In this document: positions 27,701-33,719 of the stretch, in pieces | Layout of the letters: each line of letters begins with the position of its first letter | Numbering within the stretch: the first letter of the stretch is position 1 | IMG/VR virus record: IMGVR_UViG_3300017913_001550 | Span: 1 to 45,767 of that record | Reading direction: 5' to 3' (one strand) | Source: a virus | Taxonomy: Duplodnaviria; Caudoviricetes | DNA: 45,767 nt | Notes under the pieces: generated by a model | The model's database searches: none | What the model saw: only the letters and a program-made list of their open reading frames with translations | Told to the model about the DNA's origin: nothing | Made by a program: the position numbers and the translations under genes

Positions 27701-29670
27701 TTGCCTGGCACTAACTGCCAACCACTAACATACTTTGCAGTACCATCGTCTTCAAAACGTTTTACCAAGCCACTTGCAGTATCAACAGTTGTGAATACTC
27801 CATTTGTTTCATGTTGGAATGTGTCATTATCCCAATTAAATTCAAATTGAATATCACCAACATTGTTGATATTTTGATATGCAATAGGAAAACCTAGCAC
27901 TGGATCGTTAGCACCATTGCCTGTGTTATAACTGACAAGTTTGTTTCCTGCGAATGTTGAACTAGAGTACGTTGTTGTGTCTGCAAATGAAACATTATTA
28001 GTATCATATAATTCAAACAACGGACTTACGTTTCTGCCTGACTTTTGCTGTCCTTTTGTAAGCACACCGGCTTTGACATACCAACTTGTGCCTTGTTCAT
28101 TTGTACCTTTGGTTACAACAATGCTATCACCTTCAACAGGTGTATAAACTTCTTCTAGATGAATACGTTTAACATCATTATGCTCTACAAAACTAACTTT
28201 GTAAATTTTTCCTCGCACTGTGATGTCAGGATCAGCAGTAAACGCTACCAACATGTTATCTTCAAGATGAACGCTGTCAACATAATAACCAATACTGCCT
28301 TCAACTTCGCTCATAGCATCTGTTGTAATTGTATCAATCAAGTCGATGTTATAAGCGTGTTTACTACCAAAGTTATGCAATTGAAGATTTGAATTAAATT
28401 CAACAATAGGTCTTACTGCTCTAAACTTTTCGTCCAACACTGCGGTGTTGCTGTTGTAGGTTGCACTTTTTTCAATAGCATCTTTGTGTACCCATCTGTT
28501 AAAGCGTGACCATGGATTTCTGTCTCTTGCTCCTCTATTAATAGTTACATAATCTGGAGTAAGCGGAGCATTGGCTACATCATCGAATGGCGTATCATCA
28601 AACGATTCTACATCAAATTCATATTCAGCGTTTTGTGCATAGCCTTCGGGTGTTTCTAATTCTGATTCCGGAATAAGTTTAATTTTATCTCCTACACCTT
28701 CTACATAAAAATTAGCATTTCTATATTTGCTTGGAGTAACATCTCCTACAAAATTAATTTTCATACCATTTGTAAGTGTAACACCGTTTTTACTTGTGTA
28801 TGAAGATTTGCCAACAAGTTCTTCATCAACGTTAATTGCTAGATCGTCTGAAGTGTTTTTTATTTCTAAACGTCCTTGCATTGTTTGGTGATGTGAACAT
28901 GCATAGAACAACTGATCCGGAGCGTCCAAAGGTACTGTAAATGTTACTGTGCCGTTGTCTTCACCGTTGTTTTCAACACCGGTGCTGTATCTGCCACCAA
29001 TACCAGTTGATAGTTCTGTTTTAATATTGAAAGGATGTCCTGGTGCATTAATATTAAATTTGTAAGTTGCACCCCTATACAAAATAAGCACAGGATTTTC
29101 TGTATAACCGTTAGGTGTGAACACATAACTGCCTGTGTCTTTGTTGGTTACTGTAAATTCACTAATTGCTCCACCTGGTGATCCGCTTACACTTACTGGC
29201 GCTGGACCATAAGGTAACCAATAATACTGCCTGTAGTTTACAAACTTATCAAAATCAATCAAAGGATTCCATGCATAGTATTCTGCTTTGAATAACCTAT
29301 CATGATTATCCGTTTTAGTGCCATAAAAATCTAACTGATTAATTAAATCATCATAAGTGCTTACCCATGTACTTTTACCTGTAGTGCTATGTGATCTAAC
29401 TGCACTAGGTAAAAGATTAAAGCGTTTTCTATTTTTGCTAGGTTCTGTAATATAAGTGTCTGACGTTTTAGCATTAGGAACATCTAATTGTCCTACAAAG
29501 CCATTCATTCTATCAAGATTGCCAGTGCTTATAAGGCTGTCAAGAGTAGAACCTAAAAACTTTTTGTTTGTTTCAGTGCGGAAAAACATAGGTAATAGTT
29601 CAGCACTATTACGTCTATTGTCCTTGTTTTCTTTGCTTACTGGTTCATTTGACTTATCGGTGTATGCCAT
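15769..29670 (-). CDS. giant 4633-aa multidomain baseplate/virion protein
   Basis: Uninterrupted 13.9-kb ORF directly downstream of the gp6-like gene. Contains cupredoxin-like (~28858-29160), CBM5/12-like (~25290-25383 and ~24505-24615), FG-GAP propeller (~22020-23370) and YHYH-like (~18980-19650) segments, plus repeated GDGSTT.F.L modules. Confidence 0.85.
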   Translation of the reverse strand: MAYTDKSNEPVSKENKDNRRNSAELLPMFFRTETNKKFLGSTLDSLISTGNLDRMNGFVGQLDVPNAKTSDTYITEPSKNRKRFNLLPSAVRSHSTTGKSTWVSTYDDLINQLDFYGTKTDNHDRLFKAEYYAWNPLIDFDKFVNYRQYYWLPYGPAPVSVSGSPGGAISEFTVTNKDTGSYVFTPNGYTENPVLILYRGATYKFNINAPGHPFNIKTELSTGIGGRYSTGVENNGEDNGTVTFTVPLDAPDQLFYACSHHQTMQGRLEIKNTSDDLAINVDEELVGKSSYTSKNGVTLTNGMKINFVGDVTPSKYRNANFYVEGVGDKIKLIPESELETPEGYAQNAEYEFDVESFDDTPFDDVANAPLTPDYVTINRGARDRNPWSRFNRWVHKDAIEKSATYNSNTAVLDEKFRAVRPIVEFNSNLQLHNFGSKHAYNIDLIDTITTDAMSEVEGSIGYYVDSVHLEDNMLVAFTADPDITVRGKIYKVSFVEHNDVKRIHLEEVYTPVEGDSIVVTKGTNEQGTSWYVKAGVLTKGQQKSGRNVSPLFELYDTNNVSFADTTTYSSSTFAGNKLVSYNTGNGANDPVLGFPIAYQNINNVGDIQFEFNWDNDTFQHETNGVFTTVDTASGLVKRFEDDGTAKYVSGWQLVPGKTTRQRIKQVLDTTVELNELEINVINNAYKYTLDVVVEYADNILKDGSGFKTEVDQLKKTYKILFTTPIPADTRIVVKVLTDQPANDNGFYEPPINLTNNSENNDLTYFTLGSVTDHFRTIFENNNKVTGTANGVNNSRDVKDIYIDGTRYVKHKGSIFPAMMHLVEGDAPFVNAVRTNARDYNNFKEQFLELGLKKSEGTVNVREDVDNILYQLGANKQINSAYYYADMAGYGKKKTVKEYTVRTATQNTFGIDNSFDINKIQDRAVYVYLNEEQLMYSTDYTFDSVDNIVTISRTLKVDDKIVIVDYDTVGNVIPTTPTKLGLYPKYMPSKFTDDSYLTPVEVIQGHDGSITRVFGDYRDDLLLELEQRIYNNIKIEYNPTVFDIYNFIPGHYRNNDYTRTEFNDVLRKDFSYWKHTFDVDYETNTTSNETNSFSYNFNSFVNREGTKLPGHWKAIYRSYFDTYRPHTHPWEMLGLTVKPTWWEDTYGPAPYTSGNKILWDDLEEGKIKYPTGAVINSNYARKGLSTNIPVDEYGDLVDPAKINIVADLTITEVKNKWRYGDHGPAENSWRVSSWYPFALQIALGITVPARYFGALFDTNQNTVTSSNNVVYKDTGKIPSPSDFKITDLLYNNVRFKGLGYHSFISDYLKTQAKNVKEVYLDFLQNTSMNITYKLGGFANKNRLRILAESSNPNAVDNSIFLPQENYELMLRKSNPIKSARISGIIVEKATDGFIVRGYDRFRPYFNIYSPIKSNEDPVERIGGKEAKFVIWQADKFYGVGQIVEYNGNYYRTKTSHTSSEFENDKFQVLPELPVSGGAEVIRSRRFENVVTQVQYGTKFNRVQEVYDVILGYGEWLKAQGFVFDRYQTETKRIEDWRLSGAEFLFWTTQNFNAGSVIALSPFAKELKYSYRPGVVDSVLNSFYEYSILNQSANPLSKDVLTTSRSGGNFTLGTRDTQFGIFFAVLNLVQYEHVIVFDDRSNFGDVIYDQEAGYRQKRIKLIGFKTSDWDGDYQSPGFIYDEATVEDWIAKKDYNLGDVVRFKNRYYSAKKFLPGDTDFVYDDWLFIGDKPVAELLPNLDYKAFSFEDFYALESENFDTEATKLAQHLIGYQKRLYLDNLIQDEVAQYKFYQGFIKQKGTEDALTKIQRLNIDGVLNDIGLEENWAFKVGSLGSNATIKEIELALNENLNVENPQPYEFVANRSTEQTSSNVIKILPQDLSVKPSDYDNNPWPQYDLTKEDVSVSSVMKLPYAGYATLEDVSHTIFDKSTFLSDTTIPTLNVDDSVWVAKDKDDTWAIYRVSANRARLVQTDDAKASISAGLLTLNTDIPHGLKAGDIISIKDFDPEVNGVHTVISSDTLTTFKIATELLSLNLQDDSATGTILEFDNTRVAKIDELNNLKNIGTLGAGNKIYVDDNGSGWAIYNKQDVFQEYRFGSGIRLGQSLEYGSSVAVGDQGRLIVVGASNYIDEGSINIVRRKTNTDTASLEQVQGYTISENTSDNLAQGSKPSLGHSVSVSESGTYVVGGAPYATFVKEVVNERNARFIEAKITGSASNKINQGLIKISKLNGATGEYEVEYVLASQVPAQDERFGWQVINNDEKIIVSAPGSSSNAGKIYIYDRQTQADGSTVDWDIPEGQKEISLSNGRADDLFGYSIAASNNLEYLVVGAPGREFDPNQDSTKNSGAVYVYRNDGEKYELHQTINVNTLMQGKINAFDEFGYSVAISQDGKRIAVGSPFGDDTYTNQGKVFVFDMEDDSTVDQYTLTQTIYSPVASGGERFGDKVVINPTGDGIAVTASGGVNRVEIKMSDDTTFDAGTTKIVDQNIGTGTVYTFVRLGNNFVFGQNISSAGASSNDAFGRALAYSDTTLFVGSPGSVGYQSASTGALFVYSKTGTSAWNRIRQQDSLTNPYSVEKAFTYRTDEQQVVDFIETYDPVKGKIPYLADAELTYKSTKDPATYTVSDKDVYVNSDFHWTDNHVGELWWDLSSLRYIWYEQGDIEYRTNNWAELFPGSSIDIYEWVETDLTPSEWNDIADTTEGISLGFSGQTKYDDNTYVIKRVYNPNTGTFTSRYYYWVRNSVVLSSENTNRSIPANEVARIISNPRSYGIKTLQLIDTNAFSITNVKTTLSDNDVSLSVQYRTVETDIPQHNEWLLVSPNQNSKIENNLLIKKLFDSLVGFDTNGNAVPDPALPPQKRYGTQIRPRQTLFVNRTEALEVLLTYVNDLCAKNRIADLKDITRLTEKDPQPNTASGKFDMTVDEFADLDEIKTQDLVSAQLSANIVNGRIKSVNIINKGFGYKIAPEVVISAEGYGAKLQTTINASGEITAVEVLKEGKNYTRASLTVRPFKVLVTADETVNNAWTMYEWVGTDWSRTNTQIYNVNNFWEYKDYIVDGFDIDSIIDYKIDAPYELNKIETTVGQLVDIVNGGDNNRVILQRVVSNGSFNDEYDLMYKQNATIKFKESLYNYTADAFGFAGQENYDQNLFDQQPNDETRIVFETIKDYIFVDDLKYAWNELFFIALRYAISEQGFIDWAFKTSLINVRNNLGGFSRKINYNIADPGYLEQYIQEIKPYSATIREYIVGYDQVENNSIGTTDFDLPSYYDETEQKFKTVKVTDTKVTEPEYVNWFNNYKFNVARIDVSNGGKGYTQKPQVIVSGGRENKPTITQTAPFASIVDTDYNNIYVYVASTGLPNHFYNEPQAKAQKYVFQFARNPNVVDEKTSTPIGAVGVATNGVPIYSSMITATEKLGGTEYTKNNVFAKLEAEQEDGSGQATPEGMFYYQSDPKFLYEKDAETHSPIIGFAFDGNPIYGPYGYTASNNRTIKVQESSYQLRTAPRADGSNADGRFIEDYEYVPGSGDLDQHNGRFIVTPEYPNGTYAYFVTVDPNDVTKPVYPYFVGPTYHAQPILPNGAFTMPNSDNVPATAEALISRESVGSIVLTNGGAGYTSAPTVTITGGGGTVTETAKATAILENNRIRTATTELKFDRLQSKKTIQTETATDTFTSTAGQLKYKLTFLPTLDKRQFEIDVNNETLYIENFEIQIVNVAGKTYSKREGYVVFTLPAEAKSTVTIKYKKNIDLMHAVDRIEYYYKPTAGMAGKDPKQLMTGVEYEGVEVQGLDFGISVGWDGLPWFSHGWDTFAGTNTDFAFRADGSTSTFTLAYTPKDQVKLNVYFDGVRQDPTNTPTLVGDGSTTQFSLATTPADGVLVVFRQEDSDGSIVPTDVNNIDTLISGGNFAYTTATGTSAEDISLDGDGFVTPDTSHAPEEVVPGQVFDTLSMQVYNAPSDGSPIIETVRFFGDGTTRSFAFNRLPGTEDSIYVTVDGTYYTRTDDDSVTDRYSVDYQNKTVNFPADEDAPDDGKVVTIQTLNVAGSKILERKTFTGDGSTTEFLLTSKFGDVQSAFVTVNGVKRDYVFRKDADTGSTIVDLVNPPVESGAVVQITGLQGTDKTFSEIKTDVFTTDGSTTEFNLSQTPDKIEPFHAMAIVEIDGKRLKAPDTVYYVSNGVTLDYLVSQDPEYPAFSLALGELEVHQNGVKLVPIQDYQFNTATNLLTFYSGRLTSGDVIAITILRNHDYEITKETDADSTGAGRLKILRHSFGDSTSIDGVVGSTIRVTTFSNHDNNLMRKEVYKGQLGGNYSLGRKVVDSNYVWVELNGNPLVADIDYKVLDDQQTVYIDNRFAQDTTDRVVVTSFQEDVSHDSIGYKVFKDMLNRTHYKRLSLSDTTTLAADLKNTDTEISLVSASFLPTPDPKNRIPGVVFVGQERIEFYKVENNTLSQLTRGTLGTSIKSLYKAGTRVDDQGPDQTIPYRESLNVYEAITSNDLPNGKKVHVLETINFASGVDAHNQVEVYVGGKKLQKPTPSTNQITIHDAEIAFDSGDVNSANTSSDVVQIAEYTITPVGDSDAAGYYKLTLRDEPAIGAEVKVIQRQGKVWYGKGASTASNGQTLQRAKTPQSDFLLERPSGLPIINIKE

Positions 29671-29681
29671 TCATTTAACCT

Positions 29682-32600
29682 CTAGTAACTGCTACCATAA
29701 CCACCTGAGCCTCCACTGCTACCACTGCTACCACTGCTACCACTGCTTCCACTGCTTCCAGTAGAAGTGCTTGCCGATGCAATCGTTGTTGTACCTGTGC
29801 CGGTTGTGCTCACAGTAATCTCTCCTTGGCTGTTAATTGCTGTAACAACATTACCTTGTGCTTTGAGGTTACTTGCTGTGATTTGATCAATAATATCAAC
29901 ATCAGATACCTGTGCGGTACTGATTAAAATTTCATCTGCTTTACTTGTAATTTGAAACAAACTACCAAAACTCTGTGCAGAACTTCTTGGTACAATTACA
30001 AGGTTTGCAATATCTGGTGCTACCTGTTGTTGCACATAAGTTGCTAATTCTGTAAAATAAAAACTATCGCCAAAATCCCAATTATCAATATTAAAGAAAT
30101 CATTAATTGCAGTTATGACGCGGCTTTTAATTTCATTGTCGCTGATTGTACTTCCTGTTGTTTTTACAATCTTAAAGTTTGCTTGTAGTGCCGTATCTGC
30201 ATCAACACCAAACAATGGTCTATATTTTACAGGATGATAAATTAATTCATCGCTGATTGATTTGACTCCATCTAAAACTGGACTTAAATCTTTTCTAATG
30301 CTTTCACTAGTAGGTGCTGTAGGAACTGTTCCTCCATTAGCAATGTAGGCTCTAAAATCAGTATCATAATTTCTATCTAGGATGAATAAATCAATAATAT
30401 TTGTTTTGCTTGGATCTAAACGTCTATCATTCTCAGCATTGTGAATATATTGGAACTTAAGATCATCTCTACCACTTCTTGCAAAGTATTCTGTAGCAAG
30501 ATCTAGTGTACCGGTTGCTGTGCTGTAGCGTTTTACTACATCTTCTGCATCGTCGTAAAAATAAAATAATTGTCCATCTTCATACTGTGTTAAATTAATC
30601 ACAGCATTTTCTTTATCAAAAATTTCAAACATGCCAGCATTTTGTTTTGTGGTAGTTGTGATTCCTTCTACAGTTGTTGTGCGGAAGAAAACAAATTTAT
30701 CTTTGTATCCGTCTGAATCTGTGTTTTCAGGTTTAACAATGTTGATAAAACTATCTGGATCATCAATCATGCCGTCGTCATCTGAATCATAAAAATTAAT
30801 TCTTACTTTGTTTGTTTCTTCAAATCCATCTGTGTTACGTACACTGCCTACAATTTCCCACTGGAAATCTTTTGCTAAAATAGCATCTGCTACAGGGTCT
30901 TCGTTAATTTTTAAAACTTTAATTTGGTCTTTGATAACTTTACCTGTTTTGTTATCATATTTCTTTTGACCTTTATCTACAAAAAATTGTACCAGTGCTT
31001 CACTTTCAAATCTATAATCTAATCCTCTATAGGTAATTGTATAAGTTTCACCGTCTGTCTCAAAAAGTACAAACCAACTTTTATCTAGTTTAGTACCAGT
31101 AGTATCGCCTTGACGTTCTAAACTAAAATCATCTTTTGTGTTTAGGTTAGCATTTGCAATAATTTTCCATCCTAGTGATTCTTGATCATAACGAATACCA
31201 AATGTTTTATAGTTAAACATAAGATCAACAATCTGTGTTTCAAGTGCTGTTGGCAGGTTTGTAACAATGTTAGGCATCACAGTGCTTGGAATAGCAGTGC
31301 TTGGAATATTTTCTGTAAATGTAATAGGTCCAGAGCCGTCATCAAGATTTCCTTGGCCTCCGTTTGACCCGTCACCAGCAACACCGCTTACTCTAGTCCA
31401 GATATATGTTGATGTTGTTTTGCTTTTTGTTGTTGTAAACTGTCCATTGGGTAAAAAGAATTTACCTTCTGGTGCTGTAAATTTAATTAATGTGTCAGGT
31501 AATACATATTTGAAGTTGTTACTTGTAAATGTACCAACTGTAATAGGTGCACCAGTTAAACTGTTTCTAAAATATCCTGTGCTACCGTCTGCAATTTCTG
31601 TGCTACGTACCCATTCAATGTTAATGTCCCCTGTGTTGATTCTTGGAAACTTATCATAGTAAAATGCTTTAGTAGGTAAACTATCTACCTGTGGTTCAAC
31701 GTTGTTTCTAATAATACCAAGAATATCATTTCTAGTTTGGAATGTATATGTTGCATCAGTTTCAAAATAATTTTTATAAAGGATACCGTCATCTGCTATA
31801 ATGTTTGTAGCAGAATATTTTCCCGTAGGATCAATAATTTCATATTGTCTAGATACACCACTGCTTACTCTGTTCACTGCTTTTACTTTAATTACATTAG
31901 GACTTGCTGTAAGAGGATATGTGTTGTAATCTTCACCTGTGATCATTCTATTCTGTGTGTAGAATGCTTGTGGTGCATTAATTCTTATATCATCTGTGCT
32001 TTCTGCTGTACTAGCATTTGTTACTGTACTTTGCAATGCCATTTGAATTGTAACAGTATTTGCCTGACCATTTTTATTAAAGTATGGAATACTCAACACA
32101 ATACCTTGCATGTCTGTAGGACGAATGCTGTATGACAAACCATTTGATGTTCTGTAATAAACTTCAAAGTTACCTCTTGGTAAATCGCCAAAATTACCAT
32201 CAGCAAAATTTAAACTTACTTGATCATTATCTCTTGTTACTACAGTATAAATTGTTCTTGTATTTTTGTTAATACTGTTATAAACAACATTGCTACCATA
32301 CACGCTGTTTAATTTTGTCCATTCAGTTTGAGGATTACCATTTCTATCCTTTTGCCATAACCAAACATCACTGTTGTTAATATTAGGAATATCAAGGTTA
32401 ATAATTTCATTTGGACTAGGCTCTGTAACTGAAAAATCTGAACTGTTTAAAACACCTTGTTTGAAATGAAAGAACCATCCTGTGTTAGGTGAACTGTTTC
32501 CTCTTGAATCATTTTGATAAACAAAGCCTAGGCTTCTACCTGGTAATGGTGCTTCTTCTGTTAATGCACCGTCAATAATGCCTGCACTTACAACTTCAAA

Positions 32601-33233
32601 GCCCATTGATCTTCCACCTACGTTTTTGCTGAAGTTATACAAAGGTACATCTGTGTTTTGTGTATTAAGTCTGTACTGCTCGGTTTGAACACCGTCAATA
32701 ACTGCACTTTGATCTGGCTTACCAAAAACTGTGGTTCCTGGCATGGCACTATTCATAATTGCTGTAAATTGTTCTAACCAGTTTGTGTTAGTATCGTCAT
32801 TCCAACTAATAAGTCTATTGCTTACATCATTGCCAAGACTGTCAACAATAGCCTCTGTGGTTTGAACACCAATTACTTTAAGTAAACCATTAGCAGGCAC
32901 ATTACGCTTTGGTTGGTATCCTACAAGTCTTGCTAGACGTAGCACACTTTCACGCTTCTGTGCAAGTTCAATAAAATTCTCTCTTGCATTTAGATCAAAT
33001 CTGTATGACAAACTTTGACCTAAAAAGGCAATTATATCAATCAACGCAAGATATTCACTGCTTTCAATATAGTCGTTGAAATCTTCTGGATAGTTGTTGC
33101 GTAGATATTGGATCATAGTCCTACGTAAAGTAGGAAAATCATAAGAACTAAAGTCTGCATTGCTGAATGCACGATAGATCTTATCCCAATCTTCGTTTGC
33201 TATCAGTGAATTCTGTCTGTTGTAAGTTGCCAT
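29682..33233 (-). CDS. baseplate wedge protein, T4 gp6-like
   Basis: YDF.TLR..MI.YL, ARENFI..AQ.RESVLRLA..VGY.P, F.DG.FG..P and E....IR.NAP..F.TQNR.IT..DY are gp6 hallmarks. Confidence 0.88.
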   Translation of the reverse strand: MATYNRQNSLIANEDWDKIYRAFSNADFSSYDFPTLRRTMIQYLRNNYPEDFNDYIESSEYLALIDIIAFLGQSLSYRFDLNARENFIELAQKRESVLRLARLVGYQPKRNVPANGLLKVIGVQTTEAIVDSLGNDVSNRLISWNDDTNTNWLEQFTAIMNSAMPGTTVFGKPDQSAVIDGVQTEQYRLNTQNTDVPLYNFSKNVGGRSMGFEVVSAGIIDGALTEEAPLPGRSLGFVYQNDSRGNSSPNTGWFFHFKQGVLNSSDFSVTEPSPNEIINLDIPNINNSDVWLWQKDRNGNPQTEWTKLNSVYGSNVVYNSINKNTRTIYTVVTRDNDQVSLNFADGNFGDLPRGNFEVYYRTSNGLSYSIRPTDMQGIVLSIPYFNKNGQANTVTIQMALQSTVTNASTAESTDDIRINAPQAFYTQNRMITGEDYNTYPLTASPNVIKVKAVNRVSSGVSRQYEIIDPTGKYSATNIIADDGILYKNYFETDATYTFQTRNDILGIIRNNVEPQVDSLPTKAFYYDKFPRINTGDINIEWVRSTEIADGSTGYFRNSLTGAPITVGTFTSNNFKYVLPDTLIKFTAPEGKFFLPNGQFTTTKSKTTSTYIWTRVSGVAGDGSNGGQGNLDDGSGPITFTENIPSTAIPSTVMPNIVTNLPTALETQIVDLMFNYKTFGIRYDQESLGWKIIANANLNTKDDFSLERQGDTTGTKLDKSWFVLFETDGETYTITYRGLDYRFESEALVQFFVDKGQKKYDNKTGKVIKDQIKVLKINEDPVADAILAKDFQWEIVGSVRNTDGFEETNKVRINFYDSDDDGMIDDPDSFINIVKPENTDSDGYKDKFVFFRTTTVEGITTTTKQNAGMFEIFDKENAVINLTQYEDGQLFYFYDDAEDVVKRYSTATGTLDLATEYFARSGRDDLKFQYIHNAENDRRLDPSKTNIIDLFILDRNYDTDFRAYIANGGTVPTAPTSESIRKDLSPVLDGVKSISDELIYHPVKYRPLFGVDADTALQANFKIVKTTGSTISDNEIKSRVITAINDFFNIDNWDFGDSFYFTELATYVQQQVAPDIANLVIVPRSSAQSFGSLFQITSKADEILISTAQVSDVDIIDQITASNLKAQGNVVTAINSQGEITVSTTGTGTTTIASASTSTGSSGSSGSSGSSGSSGGSGGYGSSY
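29713..29757 (-). repeat. 5 x 9-bp tandem repeat (ccactgct[a/t]) encoding a Ser-Ser-Gly tail
   Basis: ccactgcta x3 followed by ccactgctt x2, within the C-terminus of the gp6-like gene. Confidence 0.9.
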
Positions 33234-33238
33234 ACTAA

Positions 33239-33263
33239 TATTTATTTCCTGTATTAACTGCGT
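33239..33263 (-). promoter_or_regulatory. extended late promoter ACGCAGTTAATA-N7-TAAATA
   Basis: Minus strand ACGCAGTTAATA CAGGAAA TAAATA TTAGT ATG; identical 12-mer and spacing at 39836-39860. Confidence 0.65.
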
Positions 33264-33273
33264 GGTTTATTTT

Positions 33274-33705
33274 TTACAGCAGTGCGTTATTTTGATCAAA
33301 ATTCAACTGTAGAGTTTCGCTGATATTGTAAGCAATATACTTCAATGTAACAATGATCATGATACCATATTCTTTGCTGTCTATAGCAATATCTTCTAGT
33401 TCCACCCTTGAATCTTGTTGAATAACCCTTTTAACATCCGCTACTAAACGTTCTTTGAGTCCTGCTGTAAGTGGTTCGTATAAATGATCCCAAACAATAG
33501 TACCAACATTTGGTTGATAAATTTTTTCACCCTGCCTGATATTCATAGAATTGATAACATCCTGTCTAATCAAATCGATGTCATATCTGCTGGTATTTCT
33601 AGTGTTATCAACTGTTGAAATACCTCTGTATAATCTTGTAGCCTGCTGTGTTGTTTCTGCAGAATAAGAGTTAGGTTTAATTGTAATATCGTTATAACGT
33701 GCCAT
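33274..33705 (-). CDS. baseplate wedge subunit, T4 gp25-like
   Basis: D..LIRQD..N....RQGEK...P..G..VW..LYEP....DSRV pattern; lies between gp5- and gp6-like genes; TAAATA upstream at 33711-33716. Confidence 0.88.
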   Translation of the reverse strand: MARYNDITIKPNSYSAETTQQATRLYRGISTVDNTRNTSRYDIDLIRQDVINSMNIRQGEKIYQPNVGTIVWDHLYEPLTAGLKERLVADVKRVIQQDSRVELEDIAIDSKEYGIMIIVTLKYIAYNISETLQLNFDQNNALL

Positions 33706-33719
33706 ACCTATATTTACTC

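Noticed and set aside
29713-29757. 9-bp tandem repeat as a CRISPR-like or contingency locus
   Set aside because: No spacers, and the unit is a multiple of three encoding a low-complexity Ser-Ser-Gly tail.
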